A stretch of 56,084 nt of DNA, filler included, from Porpidia crustulata (taxonomy: Eukaryota): the NCBI GenBank assembly GCA_964255105.1. It is 5 parts of 5 records of this genome, joined end to end, with 100 filler letters (N's around TTAATTAATTAA, not from the genome) between each part and the next. Parts side by side here need not be neighbours in the genome. Positions count along the whole stretch, not along the records: positions 44,987 to 56,084 come from CAXUWE010000694.1; 4 more parts are not named here. One strand, written 5' to 3'. The notes beneath the pieces were generated by a model. The model had not been told where the DNA came from and made no database searches. It saw only the letters and a list, made by a program, of their open reading frames with translations. Made by a program: the position numbers and the translations under genes. Shown here in pieces: positions 47,949 to 56,084 of the stretch. Within the stretch, counting starts at the first letter, position 1, and each line of letters opens with the position of its first letter.

Positions 47949-49965
47949 TAGACCTTATGATGATGTTCCGTACCAATGTTTCTATATGATGGGATATGGT
48001 CCCGGTTGCGATGAGACAATTAAGATGAGCAATCTATGCGATGCTTCTAATTAAGCTGTTGATAGTGAATTGGCTCCACGTTTTTGGCGGAGCATTAATC
48101 CGGCGATAACACACTAATCTGAATTAATACGATGGCCCTGAGCCCGAAGAGAAGCGGTTCGTAACGACTGAAGTTGTGTTCTTAGGAAAAGATGACGGGA
48201 CGACGTCTTTGTGCGGACGTTTTTCGCTCTTTGCGATCGAAGATCAGCTTCGACAGCGTATGAATGTTGCGACTCAATGAGTGGACGTCAGTCAAGCGAC
48301 TGACGGGATTAGATTGTCGTAAAACCTGCACGGGTCGATCAGTACCCAAATGTGGTCGCCAGCCAATCGCCAGAACCGGGGTTCTCTTACTGTTGCTTAA
48401 GCTCGCATTCTGTGAGAGATGCAGCGTGTTCAGACAGAAGCCGATAATGTTGTAGTATTATTGATGCGGTAACGAGTGTGTGCTGTATGCTGTTGAAAAA
48501 GTTGATGTTATCGAAGCATCCGCACCACCCCCTGGGCAATGCGACAGTAAATTTGTGCGACCGGTGGTAGATGCTGCTGTGTATACTGGTGCCCTTCCTG
48601 TTTTCCCTGGCACTCTCCAGCACCTCAATCCTCTCTCTTCTTTGCGAACACCACCGACAGCGTGAGCTGAGAGGCTTCACCACTGAGTCGCAATCCACAT
48701 TTGACAGTAGAAAAAGAAAAGATAGGGAGGACAAGCGGGATGAGATTGGAGGAGGATGGAGGTACAAGCGCTGTGATCGACAGCTAGCCGGAAAGCGTTA
48801 GCTGCCAAACCGCTAGGGTTCGAAGATGAAATTGCGAAATTATCACCGACTGCACTCTACCAGTAGTCGCAGTCATGTTCTATCTAGACGACTTAGTGCA
48901 TGAACAAAGACATAGTTATTAATAGATCAATCCAGTACAATGTACAGTAATTACGGATGCATTTGTATTATTATTGTTGCTCGTGATCATCATTGATATC
49001 ATTGTCATATCAATCCATTGCTAAATCACCCTGTTTGGTTGTGAAGAGACTGGTGACAGTGAGGGTGGACACTAAAGTAGCACGTGCCAGGCAGAATAAT
49101 CCATACCGCAAATATTGATCTTTCGCTCACATCATCAAATTTACTGTTGCATCTGTAGAGCACATCATCTGAACGCTACAAAGTCAAGTAATGATGAACG
49201 TCAAATGTAAGATTGAAACAACACGCTGTCAGATCACATAGATACATCGAAAAATCTTCTTGAAACAATCAAAATCTGATTTATATTGATGGAAGTCGAG
49301 TTTTGCGGCATGGATTTTTTTGCCTGGCACGTGAGTAATACTACTCGATACGAATAGCCTCAGATCCTTTCCCCTGAGCGAACCTCGGAAGAAGCAAAGT
49401 TGACTGGTGAGCCGCACTCTTATGCAGGTCCCGGCCGTCCAATAATGCGCCATCGTGCCTGAATGACGCTTGGGGCTAGGGGGCCACAAAGGGGGCCGTC
49501 CAGCCGCGGTTTGATTGCGCACACTCCTGAGAACTTGACAGTCGAGTCTACTTCAATCCGTAGTACAATTTGCGCTTCAACGAATATCCAATGTCAGTAC
49601 GAGCGTGCCATCATGGTCATATGATTAAGCCGCGTACGAATTCCCAATGTCTAAGCTTCCTTTCACGCCGAAACATACAACCTACAATGTGTGCCCACAA
49701 GCTCGTGCCACGGTGGAACCAGATTGGCGTCTTGCAGTGCCATTAGGTTAAAGCAAGAGAATTTGGTGACAAAGACGTACTTTGCCGATACAGCTGATAT
49801 CGAGCGGTGCTCAAGTTCACCGTAGAACGAATGTAGATGCAAAGCTAGTTGAGAAATATAGAATTGTATGCTTTGTTCTGAGTTCTCCTAGCTACGCAAG
49901 CTATGAGGACCTATGTAGTCGCGACTTTGTGGATTGAAAAATCTCGGAGGGAAGCTCATTTGCTT

Positions 49966-52615
49966 TCATTTCTTAACTTTCGTTTTGCAGTCAGGGCAGT
50001 ACCATTTCGTTCTCCTTGGCGGAGGTTCCAACAGTCCGACACATTCGAGATGAAACCATTCCCGCTCGCACTAGAAATAGACGCCCTATGTCAGTGTTGT
50101 CCGTTTATGTAGCGCTCAATGGCAGCCTAGGCAGTAACGGGCGGAGGGTACTTACTTCGGCATTTTCACAGCATATCATAGTCCCGAAGCTTACATCGCC
50201 ACAAACGCAGTACCTAGGTTCATCAGGGTCAATGTATTCGCCTGCAGCTTCTTCCTCAGCCCTTGCCGCCTCCTCCTTTTCTTTGGCACTCGCAGCTCCT
50301 TCGGCTGCCTTCTTTGCGTTGGCAGTTGAAGCACTGCCTCGCTTCCTTGGCGCATTCTTGCGTCTGCCAACGCTTACTGCTGGACCATCATCTTGGCTGC
50401 TAGTGACGAATCCCGGCGCAGGACGCTTACTTCGTCGGCTGGCAGCTGTCAGCACTGGAGTTGGATGATGGGCGGGCGTTGCGCTTCTTCGACGAAGTCC
50501 ATCACGACCAATGCGGCCGGATGGAGGACCGGTGGAGGCGCGACGGGAGGCCGTGCGGGAGGCTGTCCGCGAAGGTACCTTGGTGGATTCTGATGGAGGA
50601 GCGGGGCCTTTGATGGTCAATGAAAAACGGCGAGGGCGGGAAGATTTTGCCGCAGCTCCGCGTGTCTCCACAGTTGGGGATACGGGAACAGGCGCTGATC
50701 GCTTTGTTGGCGATGGCGCAGGAGCAGCCAGGGGAATGGTTGTCGTGGTCGTGATCGAGGCATGGTCGAGGGTCGCTGATTGAAGCCCAATCTTACGCCT
50801 CTTAGTTGTTGCTTTAGATGGCGAGGTCACGGCTTCAGTCTGTGGGTGGGTAGTATCCGACTTGGCCGTTGGCGAATCCCGCTTTCGCTTGGTTGCCTGT
50901 ATCCTATTGGCCTCCTTTTCCTTTTCCTTTTCCTCTTGCTTTATTTTCTCTATTGCTTCTTGTTTTACCTGCTCTTCTTTCTCTTTCTCCTTAATCATCT
51001 CTCGCTCCTGTTCCTGTTCTTTCTCACGGGTCTTTTCCGCTTCCTTCTCCTTTATTGCTCGCTCTCTATCCTTCTCTCTTTCCTTTTCTCTCTCTTTCTC
51101 CTTCTCCGCCTTTTCGTTCTCCTTTTCCTTTTCCTTCTCTCTTTCCCTATCCCTCTCTATATCCTTATCCTTTGCCTTCGGAATCTCTTTGTCCTTTTTC
51201 TTCTCCTTATTCACATCTTTAAAAACGGTTTGGCTAGCACTAGACGTAGTAACATTACTTGGCACTTCGACAGGCTGAGCAAATAGTCTCTTGATTATAC
51301 TACCAGCATCTCCCAATCTTTTCGCTGCTTGTCCAGCCTCTGCTGCTGCCAACGCCGCCTGCTCTCTTGCCACAGTCTCCCTCTTGAGTTTCTTCGCTTC
51401 ATTCAGCTTCATGCCTCTATTGCTAAGCTGGGTCTCCTCGAGGCCCAGCGAGTCTGCACTAATTTCGCCTGGCGCAAGCGGCTTACCTGGCGCAGTGGTA
51501 GCAATATTATCGCAATCAATGAACGCCTCGCCGGTCGCATTCGATTTAGCTTTAGATGCACGGTAGTTCTCAGGTCCCCGGCCAGCCTCCGAAAGCTCAC
51601 GCCGGATCATTGTTTCACTCGGCGACCAAATCGCATTCTTCTTCATTCGCTTTCGTAATTTTGCCATTTCCCACTCGGTCAATCGCATCCATGGTGCATG
51701 CTCGCTGCCTGGTTTGGCGTCTGCAGGCGGAGGACTGAGAAGTGAGAGCGCATTACTAGTAGATATACCTGCAACGGCACTATGCACATTTGTGCCCATG
51801 GCTCCAGGTGGCCTAGGCGGCCGTGCTGCCTTGGGTACTTTGATTCTCGGGGCTTTTGGCACCTTGGGAAGTCTGATGCGCCCCGGCTTGGTGGATCGAC
51901 TCCGCGAGGATACACCAACACGTGAGGTAGGCATAGGAATCGGAGAAGGCGGTACAGACTCCCAATCGGAATCTGTAACTGGTGGCGGCGAATCTGGGTT
52001 CGGCGGTGGTAGCACCTCACCTGGCACAGTAACCTTCCGGCTTCTGTATCGCGGTCTATGAGTCTTGACAATTGAATTCCCAGCCGACATTCCAGCTTGC
52101 GGGCCTCCAAGGCGGAGTGTGACGCGCGGAGGTGGAGTACCATTGACTGTGCCCTTCAGCCCTGGCCTGACGCGATTTGCTTGGGGAGACTTGAGATGCG
52201 GCACAGGAGTAGGGTCTCGAGATGATGGTTTTGGTAGCAGATGCAGCTTGGATATGATGTTTGTCAGGCGATTGGCATGCCGGTCTACCATATCGTACAT
52301 GCGCGCGGCCTCAGCAGAAGAAGCCTCACGCGTGTTGAGAGCATACTGAAGTCTGTGCGAGATCTGGCGACGAAGAAGTTCTGGGCTCTGTCTTTGATTG
52401 AGAGGGATGTCGGGTAGTGAGCCGTAGGTCTTGGTTAAATTGTGTAAATCGTCGGTGGAGGCTAGATACGATGCATCGAGCTTGCCAATGAGGGTGAGAG
52501 AGCGAATCAGGTCCGAAGGGAGATACTCGGTATAGTCGAGAAAATCGGTAACAGTAGCTTGAGCATCAGGATCTGTTGGCGCCTCACCTATGATAGCTTC
52601 CAACTGTGTTGCCAT
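49966..52615 (-). CDS. ING-family-like chromatin protein with C-terminal PHD finger
   Basis: N-terminal [20 protein letters not shown] (ING-like); K/E-rich middle; [41 protein letters not shown] across intron 50155-50071. Confidence 0.9.
50900..51210 (-). repeat. Low-complexity coding tract (K/E/R-rich; TC-rich on + strand)
   Basis: [18 protein letters not shown]... within the PHD protein. Confidence 0.85.
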
Positions 52616-53300
52616 ATGAACGTTACGGTCTGCGTTGGCCACAATGTATTTCTGAGCTCGGGTTATGAATGTTGGGGTGGGGAGTAAGCATGGAGGCCTA
52701 AAGGGTAAGGGCACGGAGGTTATGGGAGACCGATGGACTAGATCTTGAACAGGATAAGCGCTACTGCTTGACACAGCACGGCCCGGTCACCAACGCCGTA
52801 CACTAATATTTCGGAAAATCGGTAAGCAGTAAGGTACCAAGCTCTGATTACTAGTATCAATGTATCTATCAAGATAAATTACATAGTAATATCCTCAGCT
52901 ATTGACTTCACCTTCCCTAGGTATTAAGCGGTCTTGGCTAATTCTTAGTTGGGTCGAATTTAGAATGTTGGATTTCATCAATTCTTTGAGGTTATCCAGA
53001 TCAAGCTGCCTGTGCCGGCTAAATCTATGTAATGTTAGGACTGATAATAAAGGTGATGTATGTGATGGTGAATCTTACGAGATGATTTCCTTGCTTACGA
53101 AGGATAAGTGGGACGATTTAGAGCTATGTATCGGCCAGTGACCCATCTCAAACACTCTTCTACTCGCAAACGCCTCTGGTGTTGAGTTGAATTGTCATTA
53201 CAAGCGACGAACATCACGAGATTTGAATCACCACTCGAGCTTAAGAGGGTTAGCCGAATGACCATCGGGCCACCCGCCCGCATTTTCACTTACATTCATA

Positions 53301-55861
53301 TTGCAAGGAATCAATGTGAAAGGATTCACGCCTACCTGTTCTAACACATTTACCAAACCATTCTCACTGATCAAAGGTAGTACTGGTCTTGAGCCAGTCA
53401 TCTCGAACTCTGATGAGGTGCAAACTTCCTTTTCCCAACTCAAGAAGGAATCGAAGCTGCTCTACCTAGGACCGCCAAAAGATATCCCTTTTGGTGAACG
53501 CCATGATGTCAGATTCTACCATGAGCCTTGGGGATTTAGCCCCTCGGGCTTGCGAATTTTGTCCTCTTCAGGCCGTCAGCAAGTTCCCCTATCGATATCT
53601 GAACAAATATGATATGGAACTAGTATCAAGCGCTTTCTTTGCTTCAGGAAGATTCCGTGCGAGAGGCTGGAGCGTGTAAGTCCTCGAATGTCTTTCCAAA
53701 CCCATCTTATGGCATTCATGCTTCCTCATTCACTTTCCTGTATTATTTGTTAATGTTCCGTTCGAATGAATATTTTAGTAGATGACGTTAAGGCAATCCC
53801 CTATCCTGTACATATCATTTGAGCATTTTTTGGTCATTCTGGCTAAATTCTTTCCCTTCTGTGCATCCAATTGCAAAGAATCATCTTATTGATTCCCAAA
53901 TCTAATCTGTTCCCTATAGATACTACGTTCATACGTATCTGCCGTCGACCAAACCATTACTTCTTGTACCTATCCGCGAATTTCAAGCTCTTCTGAAAGA
54001 TATCAACAAGGAACTGGAGATTCAAATCAGAATTCCTCGAGTAGCTGGATTCCGGATCTGCTTTTCAGACGAAGGTAGCCCGCGTGCTCGATACCTGGGT
54101 CAATTGACATCGGATACGGAAGTCGCGTCGTTGGAGAGAATGGTTCCAGGACCAAATTTCAAAGGGGACGGAGGAAATGAAGTGCTAGATGATCGTTCTT
54201 TTGCAGCTTTTAAGAAAAAGATTGAGGCGTCAATCGAAGCCGGTAAGAACAAGTCCAAGGCGCAAAGGGAGAGGAAGAAGAATGAGCGTATTGTCCTCAA
54301 GAAGGGCTGGTTTGCTGAGATGAAGCGGGTCCAATGCTATCTTGGAGCACGGCCATGTCGGACAGCAACGGAAACAGATGACCCTATTCGAAATTCGGAG
54401 CTCGCGTGGGATGATCTGCAAAAAGCTTGCGAAGTTCATCAATTTGCTTCAGGCACAAATCTCCCCAAATTGGACACTACAAAGCCTGTGCCTTACCCAT
54501 TTGACATGGACGTCGTTTTTGTTTGCGTGGACGTTGAATCTTATGAGCGGCAACACAAGGCGATTACTGAGGTTGGGATTTCCTCGCTCGATACCAAAGA
54601 TTTGATTGGTATTCCACCCGGCCAAGATGGCAAAAGCTGGATCGATAAGATCCACTCTCGACACTTTAGAATCCGAGAGACTTCGCACTTGCAGAATACT
54701 GAGTTCGTGGTTGGCTGCCCTGACAGGTTCGAGAAGGCTTTCGGCATAAGTGAATGGATCTCAAAAGAGGAGGCGCCCAAGGTCGTTGCAGCTTGCTTCC
54801 GACCACCATTTGCGACTCGTCCTTTGAATGCAAGTACCACTCGGTATCCTTCCATCCAACAAACCAAAAATGGGCTTTCTAATACTAAGAGCTCTGCCCA
54901 CTCATCTGACCTCCAATACGAGGTTGACACACAGCCAAAGCGGAATCTTGTTCTCGTAGGCCACAATACCGAATCGGACATAGAATATCTTCGCGATTTA
55001 GGCTACGATGTACGCAACCCCTCTAATCTTGTGGAAGCTGTCGATACAGTCAATCTTTACCGAGCATGGAAACAGGACCAGACTCCTCGTAATCTCGGCC
55101 AGGTCCTCCTAGATTTGGACTTGACGGGCTGGAATCTACATAACGCTGTAAGCCCGAAATCCGTTCCGAAACTTTGATTTACGAATCGTTTCATCCCTCT
55201 CTAGTAAACGCAGTTACTGACCATTGGTACCTTCCAGGGTAATGACGCGGCTTACACCCTTCAATCTATGATCGGCATCGCCTTCTCCTCCCTCTCTAAA
55301 AACCAAACCCACCAGTCCCGACTCGAAGCCCTGACTCAGGACGCTGAAGAACGTGCTAAGCAAGAGAAAGAAGAGTGGGAACTAGCAGTCGGAGAAGATG
55401 GTGACGGTGGGTCGGCCGTACGCTTGCATTCACAAGACGCGGATTGGACCGCTTCGCGTCCGATCCCAGCGAAGTCAAGGAAGGTTCTTGCACAGAAAAA
55501 GGCCATGCGAGAGGAGAAGCCTACGGAGAAGCAGACCAGGGGTGGGGCACCGGTCAATAAAAAGCCCAGTGGAAACAAGCACGTCGAGGGATGGGCTTCT
55601 TGGGCCGACGGTAAGCAAGACAAAGACAATTACGACACCAAAGTCGACAGCACCACTCTCAAAGCTACAAACGGCAAACCCGAAACCAAACCAAACCACA
55701 TCCCCAACGCCGCCTCCTTCGGCGACCCAATCGTCGAATCGCGCCAACCCCCCAAGCCGAGCGAAAACACAACTCTCCCAAGTCAATTCACCGAGCGTAT
55801 GGCTTACCTCGACATTGACGACGATGAAGACGGCGGCGGCGTCACGATTGTTTATCGTTGA
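53301..55861 (+). CDS. qip: QIP-like (QDE-2-interacting protein; Gfd2/YDR514C family) DEDDh 3'-5' exonuclease; 5' exons uncertain
   Basis: Exons ..53470-53675, 53920-55147, 55238-55861; VFVCVDVESYE, TEVGISSLDT, VLVGHNTESDI, LHNA|GNDAAYT. All expected D/E/D/H/D residues present. Confidence 0.8.
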
Positions 55862-56084
55862 GATTGATGGAGAGAATGGAGGTGATGCTTTGCTACAGCT
55901 GCATGATGGTGGATGAAAGGATTCTGGGGTTTGCTGCCACATGGGGGGATTCGCAGGAGAAACAGAGCTAGTATAGCATTCAATAGCGTGCTCGAGATGC
56001 AAATGATATGGCTTTTTGCTGACCGGACAGATCGAATAGGCATTAGTAGCACATGTGTATAGCTTTCTCTAGCACGCACTAGGC

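Noticed and set aside
50780..51286. Plus-strand F/L/S-rich ORFs resembling membrane proteins
   Set aside because: Antisense shadows of the K/E-rich tract of the PHD protein.
14412..55861. Apparent RNA-silencing cluster (Tudor-SN + QIP-like exonuclease)
   Set aside because: The genes are on different contigs joined artificially; both are ordinary fungal genes.
1..56084. CRISPR arrays, rRNA, tRNA, autonomous transposons
   Set aside because: None recognised by eye: no repeat-spacer periodicity, no cloverleaf with A/B boxes, no transposase or RT motifs. tRNAscan/Infernal were not run.

Overview
Eukaryotic DNA from a filamentous ascomycete (Pezizomycotina): genes have short GT-AG introns with CTRAY branch points. 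The window is not one locus. It is five contigs of decreasing length (11163, 11157, 11156, 11110, 11098 bp) joined by artificial 100-bp N44-TTAATTAATTAA-N44 linkers, so adjacency across linkers has no biological meaning. Contig 1: a CHAT(caspase-like)-NB-ARC-TPR NLR-type gene mostly missed by the ORF track, a Zn2Cys6/hexapeptide-repeat O-acetyltransferase fusion, and malonyl-CoA:ACP transacylase. Contig 2: transaldolase, an isochorismatase-family hydrolase, Tudor-SN, Cu/Zn SOD and a conserved hypothetical protein. Contig 3: a coiled-coil hypothetical, an uncharacterised Cys/His-domain protein, and DIP2/CPS1. Contig 4: a Swi6/Cdc10-type APSES factor with an in-frame TAG, an accessory patch (NmrA-like reductase, metallo-beta-lactamase pseudogene, a long inverted repeat, a bacterial-like saccharopine dehydrogenase-family gene), and a LYR-motif protein. 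Contig 5: a Ser/Thr-rich single-pass membrane protein, an ING/PHD protein and a QIP-like DEDDh exonuclease. The best candidate for an under-described system is the protease-coupled NLR at the left edge. All calls come from manual translation and motif recognition; no database searches were run.
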